A stretch of DNA of 64,000 bases from Minisyncoccota bacterium (GCA_035546575.1 DASZWN010000002.1:96681-160680), one strand, 5' to 3'; numbered from the stretch's first letter, positions 1 through 10,150 are shown. Notes: generated from the sequence alone by a model not told the origin. Program-made: numbers and translations.

Positions 1-1386
1 GGACCATTTATCCCAGTGCTTGGCTAAAAAGTCTTTAACTGAGATAGACGAAAGCGCTACACGGGTAGGGTGTATGCCGTCGTAGGCGGTATAGGTCATA
101 TATATAGTATCTCCGATCTGGGTCACCCGCGGGTCCTCGCAGCCCGAGTTGCCCGTAGGCGAAGACCTCTTCATCTCAAAGTCCTCGCGCGGCACATACA
201 TAGCTCGTTCATCACGATCGGTAATTTTGACGCCATTTTTGCTTGCCGCGTAGCCGATAACGGAAGTGTTGTCCTCGCCCATCGCGCGGTACAGAATATG
301 CACTTTGCCGTCCAGGTCTATTGCCGCGGCGTTAAACACGGCGCTTTTCTCCCAGGGGTGGCTTGGTATAGGCGAGAGAATGGGATTTTCTTTAGCGCGG
401 ATCGCAAGCTCGACGCGCTTCTCCGGTATCATCGCAGAAAGTAAGTCGGGTAGATTGAGCGAGGCGCGCGCGCATACCGTGTCGGCAGCGCCATAGTAGA
501 TATCTACCCGATCATTGGGGTGGAGTATCGCTCCGGAAGGGAAGACAATGTTAGGCACCATGCCGTAGCGCTCATAAATCTCTTCGGGTACCATGATCGG
601 TCCTTTTGTCTTGCCAAAGATCTTCCACGGTTCGTTGAGGTCGAGCAGCATGGCCTCGATGCCGAACACGCGCTCGCCTCCGCCAAAATAATTTTGGATA
701 TACGAGTAAAAAAGGAGCCAACCGTACTGTGTCTTAATAGGAGCCGAGCCTACCTCGACATGATCGTGGTCAAATCTGAGCGGGTGTATCGTGTGCGAGT
801 CTATATCGGCATGCCACTTTTCCCAAAACTCAAGCGTCCACAACTCTTCTATGTTGTCGCACTGCGCAATCGCAATCTTAGATGGCGGCTCATCGGTGTG
901 TGCCGTCAAGATGAGCGTGATTTTGCCGTTTACGCGCTCTGGAAACAGCGCAGCCGCTTTTGCATTAAACGGAGTTACAAGGTGTCTTGACTCAATGGTC
1001 TCCAGGTCGCTTGATACCGCACAGGCAACTTTGATATTGCCCGGTCCGAACGGTTGCCCGCCGAGCGCCGTGTAGAAGATGTAATATTTGCCCTCAAAGT
1101 ACGTGGCACGAGGGTCTTCGCATCCGTATTTTTCCCACGGCTCTTCAGGAATGATAAGTTGCCGGCGGTTCTGAAAATGCTTTCCGTCTAAAGAAATTGC
1201 TTTGCCGATGGTCGAGAGGCCGGCTGGCGTCATGAGCGCATCGGGGCGGCCAAGCGCACGATATAAAACGTGCGTAATGTCGCCGCGCTTGACGGGAGAC
1301 GGGTTAAATGTGCCGCGCGCCTCCCATTGCTTGTCGGTCAGCGGCGCAATAAGCGGGTTGTGCGAACTTCTTCTGATAACGTACAT
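1..1386 (-). CDS. GH130-like (DUF377) glycosidase/phosphorylase with two tandem beta-propeller domains; 3' partial (runs off window)
   Basis: Not in ORF track; hand translation from ATG 1386 gives MYVIRRSSHNPLIAP..WEARGTFNP..LYRA..GCEDPR..EVGSAPIKT..VFPSGA..YYGAAD, then a second NPILSP..WEKSAVFNAAA..LYRAM..GCEDPR. Confidence 0.85.
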   Translation of the reverse strand, partial: MYVIRRSSHNPLIAPLTDKQWEARGTFNPSPVKRGDITHVLYRALGRPDALMTPAGLSTIGKAISLDGKHFQNRRQLIIPEEPWEKYGCEDPRATYFEGKYYIFYTALGGQPFGPGNIKVACAVSSDLETIESRHLVTPFNAKAAALFPERVNGKITLILTAHTDEPPSKIAIAQCDNIEELWTLEFWEKWHADIDSHTIHPLRFDHDHVEVGSAPIKTQYGWLLFYSYIQNYFGGGERVFGIEAMLLDLNEPWKIFGKTKGPIMVPEEIYERYGMVPNIVFPSGAILHPNDRVDIYYGAADTVCARASLNLPDLLSAMIPEKRVELAIRAKENPILSPIPSHPWEKSAVFNAAAIDLDGKVHILYRAMGEDNTSVIGYAASKNGVKITDRDERAMYVPREDFEMKRSSPTGNSGCEDPRVTQIGDTIYMTYTAYDGIHPTRVALSSISVKDFLAKHWDKWS

Positions 1387-1428
1387 ATCTTTGTTGTGTC
1401 TCAAGTATACCGTATAGCTTTACTGTAA

Positions 1429-2610
1429 TTACAACTTCACTGGCGTCAGTACTGCATGTTCATGGCTTTTTAGTTTGCGCAAAAAGTCGCGTAGGTTTAT
1501 TTTTGCCGCAGCAACGTATTTGTCTCCGCCGCCGTAGTACACAATAAGGTCGCCGTTAAATACCACTGCACCGGAAACGTAGATGATCCCGGGCTTCCAG
1601 TCGTTTTCGTACCAAGCGTCGGGCGCTAAAAGGGGGCTCTGCGCGCGATACAACACACGTGTCGGATCGTTGAGGTCAAGCAGTAATGCGCCAAGTTTGT
1701 AGCGGTTAGGATCGTTGGTGTCCATTGCGTGATACAAGAGGAGCCAACCCTCGGAAGTTTTGATAGGAGGAGCTGCCGCGCTGCGCGTGCGGTTGTGCCA
1801 GGCTACCTGGTGGTCAGGGAGTTGTTGCGGATCGGGCGCCTCTTCGGCGGTAGGCGCCTGCGCCATCGTCAGCTCCTGCATGAATTTGATATGCACGCGG
1901 CCCTCGTCGCCGCGGTCGAGGTTGTGGAAGAGCGCGAATTTGCCACCGATCTTTTCAGGAAACAGCACCCAGTTTTTTTGGCGGTCCCCGGGCTTTGAGA
2001 GATAGTCAAACTGGCTCCAGAGGCCGCGCGCGCTCAGCAGGTTGTACTCGTCCATTGAGGTAAACGCGACACGCATCGAGTTCCAGCCGTTGAACATGTT
2101 AAAGGTCATGTATACCGTACCATCAATTACTACTGCGCGTGGGTCTTCGCACCCGCCCCAGCCTCCACCCGAGGCGTACGAAATGGTGTCGTAGGTGAGC
2201 CTAGCTGGCGAGGTATACGGGCGGTGGGAGCGGGCCTCGGCAATGTTTTCTGCTGCATATACCGGCTCCGGCAGGCGTTCGTCAAAATGGATACCGTCTC
2301 CGCTTGAGGCGTAGCCGATGCGCGAGACACCGTCGCGCCCCAGTGCGCGATAGAGAATATGCACCCGTCCGCCGGCTACAATTGCCGCGGGGTTAAACAC
2401 AGCTTGCGACTCCCACCAGTGCTCCGGTTTAGGGCCTAGAATAGGATTCTCGTTGAAACGATTTAAGCGAAGCGGCCGGCGGATTTCATACAGCCAGAAT
2501 CCAAACAGCGCACAAAAGCCCAAGAGTACTGCCCCAAGCGCTACAAGTACGCCTACGCCACTGAGGGCTACTCCTGCTACCACGACTGCTGCTCCCAGTG
2601 CATCATTCAT
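1429..2610 (-). CDS. GH130-like glycosidase/phosphorylase with N-terminal membrane anchor
   Basis: NPIL, AVFNPAA, LYRA, GCEDPR, KNWVLFPEKIGG, YYGGGD motifs; about 40-aa hydrophobic N-terminus. Confidence 0.85.
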   Translation of the reverse strand: MNDALGAAVVVAGVALSGVGVLVALGAVLLGFCALFGFWLYEIRRPLRLNRFNENPILGPKPEHWWESQAVFNPAAIVAGGRVHILYRALGRDGVSRIGYASSGDGIHFDERLPEPVYAAENIAEARSHRPYTSPARLTYDTISYASGGGWGGCEDPRAVVIDGTVYMTFNMFNGWNSMRVAFTSMDEYNLLSARGLWSQFDYLSKPGDRQKNWVLFPEKIGGKFALFHNLDRGDEGRVHIKFMQELTMAQAPTAEEAPDPQQLPDHQVAWHNRTRSAAAPPIKTSEGWLLLYHAMDTNDPNRYKLGALLLDLNDPTRVLYRAQSPLLAPDAWYENDWKPGIIYVSGAVVFNGDLIVYYGGGDKYVAAAKINLRDFLRKLKSHEHAVLTPVKL

Positions 2611-2629
2611 GGTTTATAAAAAAGCGGGT

Positions 2630-2983
2630 TCAGACGCGGCCATAATTGTCTTTGAGTCTTGTAATGTCAGCCTCGTCAAAGTCGCCAAGCGCGATTTCGA
2701 GAAACACCAAGCCGTTGGGGCCGCCTGCAACGCGGTGTTCCACTCCGCGCGCTACAAAAAAATCTTCTCCCGGGTGTACTGCTGTCTTTATATCGCCCAC
2801 AATAACCGTTCCCGAGCCTGAGAGTATATGCCATGCTTCGTCGCGATGGGCGTGTTGCTGAAGAGACAGCTGCTCGTTAGGTTTTACCGTGATCACTTTT
2901 ACAGTCGACTTTTCGTTCAGCGTAAATCGCTCAAAGTGCCCCCACGGGCGAATATCCTTCTCGTAGTTGGGAAGGCCCCTCAT
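2630..2983 (-). CDS. Cupin, type II phosphomannose isomerase C-terminal-like
   Basis: RPWG, LSLQQHAHRDEAW, HRV, EIALGDFDEADITRLKDNYGR motifs. Confidence 0.85.
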   Translation of the reverse strand: MRGLPNYEKDIRPWGHFERFTLNEKSTVKVITVKPNEQLSLQQHAHRDEAWHILSGSGTVIVGDIKTAVHPGEDFFVARGVEHRVAGGPNGLVFLEIALGDFDEADITRLKDNYGRV

Positions 2984-3040
2984 GACTCCAGTATACGGCC
3001 GGAGCGCTTTTTTACCGCACAGTATGAAGTGGAAAACTAT

Positions 3041-3544
3041 CTAAGCAGCCTGAGTCGGTACAATGTTGTTTCCAAGGACTTTTAGAAATTCTTCCCGGCG
3101 CTCCTCAAACCCGATTTCTTTGTCATGCCAAAAAGGATGCGATTCGACCGTATACTCGTAGTGTCCGCGCACCTCGCCGTCCTCAAACAAACGGATATGG
3201 TACTGATGCTTAAAATCCGGCGAGTAGCGTAGGCTTACCACCTCGCCCGCGTCAGTAAGGGCAACAAGCTGCCGTCCATAGCCCTGGGCTACGAGGGCTA
3301 TGATGAACGCTTGCGGGGTAATGCCCGGGGCAAGTGTGCCTAGCAAAAAGCGCTGGCGTCCGTTCGGACGATATTTTTCATACTTTTTCATATATCCGAG
3401 CTTCGCAAGGAAGTTGCGGACGTAGGGGTGCAGTGGTCTCAGCACATACCATACAAAGTACTTGCAGCGATCGCGCGTGTCGTTTGGATATACCATTTGA
3501 GAAACAGGAACGGTCCTCAGCCATTTTTTAAGTGACGCGTCCAT
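3041..3544 (-). CDS. Conserved hypothetical protein
   Basis: 167-aa ORF with QYHIRLFEDGEVRGHYEYT segment; no function recognised. Confidence 0.7.
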   Translation of the reverse strand: MDASLKKWLRTVPVSQMVYPNDTRDRCKYFVWYVLRPLHPYVRNFLAKLGYMKKYEKYRPNGRQRFLLGTLAPGITPQAFIIALVAQGYGRQLVALTDAGEVVSLRYSPDFKHQYHIRLFEDGEVRGHYEYTVESHPFWHDKEIGFEERREEFLKVLGNNIVPTQAA

Positions 3545-3581
3545 GCGGGTATAGAAGTCGTTTTTAGATTATACTCTATAG

Positions 3582-4181
3582 ATGGCTACAATTGAAACGG
3601 TTACGGCCCTCCTCTTGGCCTACCGCTATTTGGTCATTGTGCCGCTTTCCTTGGTGGCGCAGCCGCTTGTAGGCATGCTTTCGGGCGTGCTTGCGCGGCT
3701 GGGTTATTTTGACATTCTGATCGTATACGCAGTGCTTGTCGTGACCGCGGTCTTGGGCGATATTTTTTGGTATTGGATTGGCTATCGATGGGGTATGCAG
3801 TTTATGACTCGGTTTGGCCGTTTTGTAAGCATCACCCCAAAACATGTAGAGGGCGTCAAAAAAATATTCAACCGGTACCATGCCTCGATCCTGCTTATAT
3901 CAAAGATTACCAATGGTGTTGGGTTTGCGCTGGTTACGCTATTTACCGCAGGGCTCACGCGCGTGCCGTTTGGGCGGTTTGTAGTATTTAATGTAATAGG
4001 TGAGTCGATCTGGTCGGCCATGATACTTTCGATCGGATACTTTTTGGGCAACGCGTATATTACGGTCAACAACGGTCTTGGCAAAGCATTTATTACCGCC
4101 CTGGTTATCCTATTGATCGCCGTCATTTTTGGAGTCGCCAAATACATGCACTCCTGGGTTGTGTCGCAGATGGAGCAATAA
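3582..4181 (+). CDS. DedA family membrane protein
   Basis: LGDIFWYWIGYRWG, AGLTRVPFGRFVVFNVIG..W..GYFLG motifs. Confidence 0.85.
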   Translation: MATIETVTALLLAYRYLVIVPLSLVAQPLVGMLSGVLARLGYFDILIVYAVLVVTAVLGDIFWYWIGYRWGMQFMTRFGRFVSITPKHVEGVKKIFNRYHASILLISKITNGVGFALVTLFTAGLTRVPFGRFVVFNVIGESIWSAMILSIGYFLGNAYITVNNGLGKAFITALVILLIAVIFGVAKYMHSWVVSQMEQ

Positions 4182-4190
4182 CACACCTCT

Positions 4191-4952
4191 ATGCGCTTGA
4201 GTATTGTAGTACCTGCATACAACGAAGAGGCCGTAATCGGCCCATGTCTTGACGCCATTACAAGAGCTGTTGTATATGCAGGTCTCGGGCCCGATGAATA
4301 TGAAATTGTAGTCGTCAATAATGCCTCAACCGATCGCACAAAAGAGATTGCGTTGTCGCATGCGGGTGTGCGCGTAGTCGACGAGATGCGCAAAGGCCTC
4401 ACCAGGGCAAAACAAGCTGGATATATGGCTACACAAGGGGATATTCTGGCACATCCCGATGCAGATACGCTAATGCCCGAGCGGTGGCTCTCGATCGTAG
4501 TAGGGGAGTTTGAAAAAGATCCGACGCTGCTGGCGGTTACAGGGCCTTACATATACTACGATTTGCCACCCCTCAAACGCTTAGTAATTCGTTTCTTTAT
4601 CTTCTGTGCTTACTTATCGCACATCTTTAATCATTTTGTATTGGGTATGGGCGCAATGATTCAAGGGGGTAACTATGCCGTGCGGCGTTCAGTGCTTGAT
4701 GCTATTGGCGGATACGATACCTCCATAGAGTTTTATGGCGAGGATACTGACCTTGCGCGGCGCATTTCCGAGATAGGTAAAGTAGGCTGGATGTGGAAGC
4801 TCTACATGTATTCTTCTGGCAGACGCTTGGTAGCAGAGGGAATTATGACCATAAGTTGGCGCTACACGATCAACTACCTCAGCACAATCTTTATAAAAAA
4901 GCCTGTCACTATGAATTATATCGACATTCGCCCCGATAAAAGAGAGCACTAG
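4191..4952 (+). CDS. Glycosyltransferase family 2
   Basis: SIVVPAYNEE, VVNNASTDRT, DAD, GGYD, GEDTDL, SSGRR. Confidence 0.9.
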   Translation: MRLSIVVPAYNEEAVIGPCLDAITRAVVYAGLGPDEYEIVVVNNASTDRTKEIALSHAGVRVVDEMRKGLTRAKQAGYMATQGDILAHPDADTLMPERWLSIVVGEFEKDPTLLAVTGPYIYYDLPPLKRLVIRFFIFCAYLSHIFNHFVLGMGAMIQGGNYAVRRSVLDAIGGYDTSIEFYGEDTDLARRISEIGKVGWMWKLYMYSSGRRLVAEGIMTISWRYTINYLSTIFIKKPVTMNYIDIRPDKREH

Positions 4953-5731
4953 TGGAAGAGAATGAACCAAAATACAAGCGCTGCTAGAATCCGGTAGATA
5001 CCAAACGGCACAAACGTGTGCGTTCGCACAAATGAGAGCAAGAATTTAATACTGAAGAACGCAACAACCGCGGAGGTTACGAACCCTACGCCAAGTATGC
5101 CGACGCCGCCCAGGGAAAATGCAGCGTGATTTCGAGCAATATCAAGACCGCTCGCCGCGAGCATCGTGGGTACCGCAAGCAGGAACGAAAACTCAACAAT
5201 AGCAACGCGTCGCATGCCAAAGATAAGACCTCCGACGATGCTTGCGGCCGAGCGCGAGACTCCCGGCACAATTGCGAGCGACTGAAACAGCCCAATAACG
5301 GCTGCTTGCGGGTATGACATTTCCTCGAGCCCCACTGCTTGTCCGGTTACGTGTGCGCCTTTGCGCGCATGCCAGAGTTCAAAGACAATCAGTGCGATAC
5401 CGCCCCCAAATAGCATCCATAGCACAAGCGCGTCATTGCCTAAAAAATATGCCTTTACGACTTTGTAGAGCAGTAACCCGATGATTCCTGTAGGGATAAA
5501 GGCAACTACAAGTCGCTTGAGTATCTCGACCTTTAAAAATGACCTCCAGTACAGCACCACAACCGAGGCGATAGCGCCAAGTTGTATGATAATCTCAAAA
5601 CTTTTCTGAAAGTCGTCTTGCGCTACTCCCAAAAGAGAACTCGCGAGGATTAGATGTCCGGTTGAGGAGATAGGCAAAAATTCCGTAACCCCTTCAACAA
5701 TACCGAGCACTACTGCAGTGAGTGCATGCAT
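4949..5731 (-). CDS. uppP: Undecaprenyl-diphosphate phosphatase
   Basis: VEGVTEFLPISSTGHL and PGVSRS motifs. Confidence 0.95.
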   Translation of the reverse strand: MHALTAVVLGIVEGVTEFLPISSTGHLILASSLLGVAQDDFQKSFEIIIQLGAIASVVVLYWRSFLKVEILKRLVVAFIPTGIIGLLLYKVVKAYFLGNDALVLWMLFGGGIALIVFELWHARKGAHVTGQAVGLEEMSYPQAAVIGLFQSLAIVPGVSRSAASIVGGLIFGMRRVAIVEFSFLLAVPTMLAASGLDIARNHAAFSLGGVGILGVGFVTSAVVAFFSIKFLLSFVRTHTFVPFGIYRILAALVFWFILFH

Positions 5732-5753
5732 CGCTGTATGGTAACACGCTCAC

Positions 5754-7817
5754 TCAAGCCGAGGGTGGCAAGATCGCAACCAAATCCATAATACTGATCG
5801 GTTTGGTGAGGTGATAATCAAAGCCGGCCTCTTTTGCGCGCTCTTTGTCCTCGGCTTGTCCGTAGCCGGTGAGTGCTACCAACAAACCCTCATATCCGTC
5901 TTTAATCCTGAGCAGCCTTGCAAGGCTGTAGCCATCGGTATCGGGGAGTCCGATATCGAGCACGATCGTATGCGGCCGGTATACATGTACTTTTTTACGC
6001 GCCTCGTCGCCGGTTGAGGCATATGCTACGGAATATCCTTTGTGTGCAAGCAGTTTGCCGATACCCTGCGCTGCAGCTATATTGTCGTCAACTACCAGTA
6101 CGCGGCCTTCGCCTTGTGTTGCTTCGGCAAATGTCTGTGCCGCGCCCTTCTCGTGTATAGATGGCATTGCAGCCGCTGTCATAAGAGGAAGTCGCACGAT
6201 AAACACACTGCCGCGCTGTGCTCCTTCGCTGCGTGCCTCTATAGTTCCTGCATGCATCTCGACAAGTTTTTTAGTGAGCGAGAGCCCGATCCCGAGCCCC
6301 TCGCCCATGCGCGTACCGGTCTCGAGCTGTAAAAACGGCTCGAATATGCGCTCCATCATGCTCGGTTCGATCCCAATACCGTTGTCGATAACAGAAATAG
6401 CAGCAACATCTCCCTCGCGTGCCACCGAAAGCGAAATCTGACCTCCCTCGTTCGTAAACTTAGAAGCATTGGTGAGTAGATTAGTGACTACCTGCTCGAT
6501 GCGCACCGGGTCTGCCTGGAGAAGCAGCGGAGTCTCGGGCACACTCACGGTAAGGACCTGTCGGCGATTTTGCATTTGCCATTCTATAGACTGCGCAGAA
6601 TGTTGAAGTATCTGTCGCAAATCGGCGACCTCGGTCTTAAGGCGGATCTTTGAGCGTTCGATGCGCGAAACGTCGAGCAGGTCATCGAGCAGGCGTTGGA
6701 TTGTTTTAAGCCTGTCGTCCATAAGATCAAGAGCCTCCTCCTCTTCGGGCGGGCGGGGTGTAAGCCGCATAAACTCGAGCGAGCTGACAATCGGTGCGAG
6801 CGGGTTGCGCAGCTCGTGCGCCAAGATTGCAATAAAGTCGCTTTTAGCGCGATCGTTGAGGGAGAGGCGGTTAAGCGCGTCCTCGAGCTTGTCGATGTAG
6901 GATTTGAGCGCCTTGGTGACCTCGGTACGCTCTTCCTGGAGGCCTGCGATGATATAAAAGATAACTGCAATAATGTTGATGAATATCTCGAGCTGAAAGA
7001 GCCGATTACCAAGCTGCACCGCATCAAGAGCGGCGGCGTTTGGGCCGTACACTGTGCCAAGTATCGCGATAACCGTTGTGCAAAAGAGGCCGAGGATCGT
7101 GAATCGCGGCCCGATCCGGATTGCGAGCCAAAACAAAGGTACGAGGAGAAAATACACCAGCGAAATGCCGCCCACTTGCGGGATCTGCAGCATGAACAGG
7201 GCCCAATCAATGCCAAGGAGCACCGCAAACACGCTGCAGATTTCTAGTATCTGCCGAGGCGTGCGCCTGAAGGTTGGCTCGGCACCCCAGCGAATGATAA
7301 GCGGTGCGATAACAAGCAAGCTCAGTGTCATTCCGGTCCACCACGACCCCCATGTAATCGAGGAGTGGAACCCAGGGACAAAATGCGTATTAAACCACAC
7401 CGCAAGCAAGCCGCCTGTCGGCACTATCACCGAAGCGATAAGCGCCACTGCCATGAGCGCAAACATGTCGCGCAACCGGCGCACGAGCGGGTCGAGTTTA
7501 CATTGTTTGAGGAGCAGCGCGCCGATTACCGCCTGGAGCGTATGTGCAAATGGCAGCAATAATATGTATCCCGTAGCGCTTCCTGCAAGCGCATAGTTAA
7601 AGAGCGCTGCAAAAAATATTGCGGGCCACAACCATATTCCTTCAAGCACCAATACGCCCAGTGCAATCCCGGCAGCAGGGTAGACCACGGCTGGTGCCAG
7701 GTAGAGTTGCCCGCCTATGCGTGCAGCAAGAAAGTACACGATAAACAAAACCCCTGCTGCAATATAGTGCCGACGAGTGAGGGTGTGCGGAGGCAGCAGG
7801 TCCGACAGGAAGTGCAT
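5754..7817 (-). CDS. MASE1-type membrane hybrid sensor histidine kinase/response regulator
   Basis: Multi-TM N-terminus; AHELRNPL H-box; NLLTNASKFT, DNGIG, GLGIGL; C-terminal receiver VVDD..LDIGLP..TG..K. Confidence 0.9.
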   Translation of the reverse strand: MHFLSDLLPPHTLTRRHYIAAGVLFIVYFLAARIGGQLYLAPAVVYPAAGIALGVLVLEGIWLWPAIFFAALFNYALAGSATGYILLLPFAHTLQAVIGALLLKQCKLDPLVRRLRDMFALMAVALIASVIVPTGGLLAVWFNTHFVPGFHSSITWGSWWTGMTLSLLVIAPLIIRWGAEPTFRRTPRQILEICSVFAVLLGIDWALFMLQIPQVGGISLVYFLLVPLFWLAIRIGPRFTILGLFCTTVIAILGTVYGPNAAALDAVQLGNRLFQLEIFINIIAVIFYIIAGLQEERTEVTKALKSYIDKLEDALNRLSLNDRAKSDFIAILAHELRNPLAPIVSSLEFMRLTPRPPEEEEALDLMDDRLKTIQRLLDDLLDVSRIERSKIRLKTEVADLRQILQHSAQSIEWQMQNRRQVLTVSVPETPLLLQADPVRIEQVVTNLLTNASKFTNEGGQISLSVAREGDVAAISVIDNGIGIEPSMMERIFEPFLQLETGTRMGEGLGIGLSLTKKLVEMHAGTIEARSEGAQRGSVFIVRLPLMTAAAMPSIHEKGAAQTFAEATQGEGRVLVVDDNIAAAQGIGKLLAHKGYSVAYASTGDEARKKVHVYRPHTIVLDIGLPDTDGYSLARLLRIKDGYEGLLVALTGYGQAEDKERAKEAGFDYHLTKPISIMDLVAILPPSA

Positions 7818-7904
7818 GGCTGTATTGTAAGCGCGGCCCGAGGGGCGTCAATCGCTTGTGTGTATAAGCGTAGTTCTGCTATAACTAGTGAGCTTGTTCG
7901 ACAA

Positions 7905-8342
7905 ATGAAGAAAAAGATGCTCACAAAAGCCGGTACATGTACGCCCGGCGGATATATGTTGCGTGTTGGTCGCTCATTCACGGGCTTGGGCCTTTTTGCT
8001 ATGGAACCGATAGCAAAAGGCAAGTGCATTATCGAGTACACCGGGCGTCGTATCTCTAAAAAAGAGGAGTACGCAAGCAATAGCAGATATCTGTTCGAGA
8101 TAAGCAAGACAAAAACAATCGACGGGAGATCCAAGTCAAATAAAGCGCGCTACATTAACCACTCGTGCGTGCCCAACTGCGAGATCGAGATCCGAAAAGA
8201 GCGCATCTACGTATTTTCAAAAAAGAATATCAAGGCAGGGGAGGAGCTTACCTACGACTACGACACCGACTACTTTGATGAGTATATCAAGCCGGTCGGC
8301 TGCAAGTGCCGTAAACACGCGCCCGAGCTCTACAAGAAGTAG
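7905..8342 (+). CDS. SET-domain protein-lysine methyltransferase
   Basis: GLGLFA, IEYTG, ARYINHSCVPN, GEELTYDY, post-SET CKC; start moved to ATG 7905 to avoid overlap with the kinase gene. Confidence 0.9.
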   Translation: MKKKMLTKAGTCTPGGYMLRVGRSFTGLGLFAMEPIAKGKCIIEYTGRRISKKEEYASNSRYLFEISKTKTIDGRSKSNKARYINHSCVPNCEIEIRKERIYVFSKKNIKAGEELTYDYDTDYFDEYIKPVGCKCRKHAPELYKK

Positions 8343-8350
8343 CCAAATAC

Positions 8351-8382
8351 AAAAATACCCCGCACAGGTGCGGGGTATTTTT
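8351..8382. terminator. Bidirectional intrinsic terminator between SET and csp
   Basis: AAAAATACCCCGCAC-AG-GTGCGGGGTATTTTT. Confidence 0.85.
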
Positions 8383-8397
8383 GAGTCTGGCGGCAGA

Positions 8398-8595
8398 TTA
8401 TGCGCGAGAGACGTTCGTGGCAGAAGGGCCCTTCTCGCCCTGTGTTACCTCAAACTGGAGAGTATCACCGACTTTGAGCTCGTCAAAGGTGACACCATTG
8501 AGCTCCTTGGAGTGGAAGAAGAGATCCTTCGCCTCGCCTTCGCGAGAGATGAATCCGAATCCACGATCAGTGAGCGTCTTTATTGTTCCTGTCAT
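8398..8595 (-). CDS. Cold-shock domain protein
   Basis: RGFGFI (RNP1), LFFHSK (RNP2), GEKGPSATNV. Confidence 0.95.
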   Translation of the reverse strand: MTGTIKTLTDRGFGFISREGEAKDLFFHSKELNGVTFDELKVGDTLQFEVTQGEKGPSATNVSRA

Positions 8596-8810
8596 TTGAA
8601 TTAGATTACTATTTTTCTTGAAACTTCGACTACGTCTCCCTCAACCAAACGTTGAGGCTTCTATTATACCGCCTTTGGGGCTCGCTGTCAATCAGGTCTA
8701 AAAAGACCAGTGGATAAGCCTTTTTGCATGAGTTCATGTACCCCCAGGGTAAATACACTAGCCATTCCAGCAGTGCATTTGTCTAGTGTCCGCCTCAGGC
8801 GGATTTTAGT

Positions 8811-9767
8811 ATGCTTGGAGCAATGGCTATTGTCTGGAATCGGGTCACTTGGTACTCAAAACTTGCGGCACTTATTGTGTTTATCGGCGTATTTGCGCTC
8901 GGTCTTTATTTGGGAGCCACTTACAACGAAGCAACGCATTATTCGGTACAAGATATTTCACCCTCTATCCTCTTGGCGAGTCCGGCAAGCCTCTATCGCG
9001 GCAGCTCGGTGGTAGCGCATTCTGTTTCAACATCATCACTGCGGCTATTTTCCTGGGTTAAGCAAAACACTATCGCAAAAGTTGTAAAAACCTCTAAGCC
9101 AGCTCAGACACCTATACCTCCATCTCCTGCGACTACCACTACGCCAACTCCTGCGCAAACAACTCCGACTCAGTCTATAACCCCCACACCTACTCCAACT
9201 CCAACTCCTATTCCTCAACCTACTCCCACTCCAACCCCTACGCCGGTGGTAACTCCTACGCCAACTCCTGCTCCAGCTTCAAACGAGATCCGTTTCCAAG
9301 CCTACTTAACCGCTTATACCTACTGGGACAACACCCCGCCTGGCTCTTCGGACATATCAAACCCAATTATCCACAGCAAAGCGGGGGGTACCGGCACGTT
9401 TTCCGACCCTATTACGGTGGCGGTGGGGCATTCGATTAGCGGCGGCAAAGACACGCTCGACTACCCGGCGGGGACCAAGTTCTACCTTCCTTATATAAAG
9501 AAATACTTTATCGTCGAGGACACCTGCGGCGATGGAAACACCCCTCAAAACGGCCCTTGCCACACCGGCTACGAGGGCCATCCGTGGCTTGATCTATGGA
9601 TAGATGGGGCAAACGGCACCCGCTCTTCTTCTAATACCTGCGCCGAGGATATTACCGAGGTTCACCTTGTTATACAGAATCCGGCCTCCAACTACGCGGT
9701 CTCGGCAGGCCCGGTATACAACAACGGTTGTGCCGCGCAGTTCTCCGACACGGTGATCTCGCTCTAA
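8811..9767 (+). CDS. Membrane-anchored protein with Pro/Thr linker and C-terminal 3D/DPBB-like domain
   Basis: N-terminal TM, (TP)n linker, LTAY..TVAVG..GTKFY..VEDTC..LDLW; fold call tentative. Confidence 0.65.
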   Translation: MLGAMAIVWNRVTWYSKLAALIVFIGVFALGLYLGATYNEATHYSVQDISPSILLASPASLYRGSSVVAHSVSTSSLRLFSWVKQNTIAKVVKTSKPAQTPIPPSPATTTTPTPAQTTPTQSITPTPTPTPTPIPQPTPTPTPTPVVTPTPTPAPASNEIRFQAYLTAYTYWDNTPPGSSDISNPIIHSKAGGTGTFSDPITVAVGHSISGGKDTLDYPAGTKFYLPYIKKYFIVEDTCGDGNTPQNGPCHTGYEGHPWLDLWIDGANGTRSSSNTCAEDITEVHLVIQNPASNYAVSAGPVYNNGCAAQFSDTVISL

Positions 9768-9877
9768 CTACCCCTCCCAATGCCTGGGCTGTAGCTCAAA
9801 GGGGCTCTAGGGACAAGCCTAAGGGCATGGTATATAATTAGCCGTGTTTCATTACTAATAAAGATTCACGTTATTTT

Positions 9878-10132
9878 ATGGTTAGAACAGCAAATCCGGC
9901 TCTGCTCAAGCCCCTCGATCTCTCAGATGATCTTGAAGCAGTGGTAGGGAAAGGTCCGATGCCTCGCTCACAGGTCGTTAAAAAGCTCTGGGAGTACATC
10001 AAGAAGCACGATCTTCAGAATCCGAAGAATAAGCGCAACATTTTGGCGGACGAAAAGCTCAAGCCGATATTCGGCAAAAGTGAGGTCACTATGTTCGAGA
10101 TGACGAAGCTCGTCTCGGGCCACATGAAGTAA
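9878..10132 (+). CDS. SWIB/MDM2 domain protein
   Basis: PRSQVVKKLWEYIKKHDLQNPKNKRNILADEKLKPIFG..MFEMTKLVSGH. Confidence 0.95.
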   Translation: MVRTANPALLKPLDLSDDLEAVVGKGPMPRSQVVKKLWEYIKKHDLQNPKNKRNILADEKLKPIFGKSEVTMFEMTKLVSGHMK

Positions 10133-10150
10133 TCAGGCTTCCGCTGCCTT

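Noticed and set aside
70-1417. Plus-strand ORFs in the track
   Set aside because: Antisense shadows of the minus-strand GH130-like gene, which lacks a stop inside the window.
9130-9280. ACTCC/CCAAC tandem-like repeats
   Set aside because: They encode a Thr-Pro linker with variable wobble positions; not a CRISPR array or DNA-level element.
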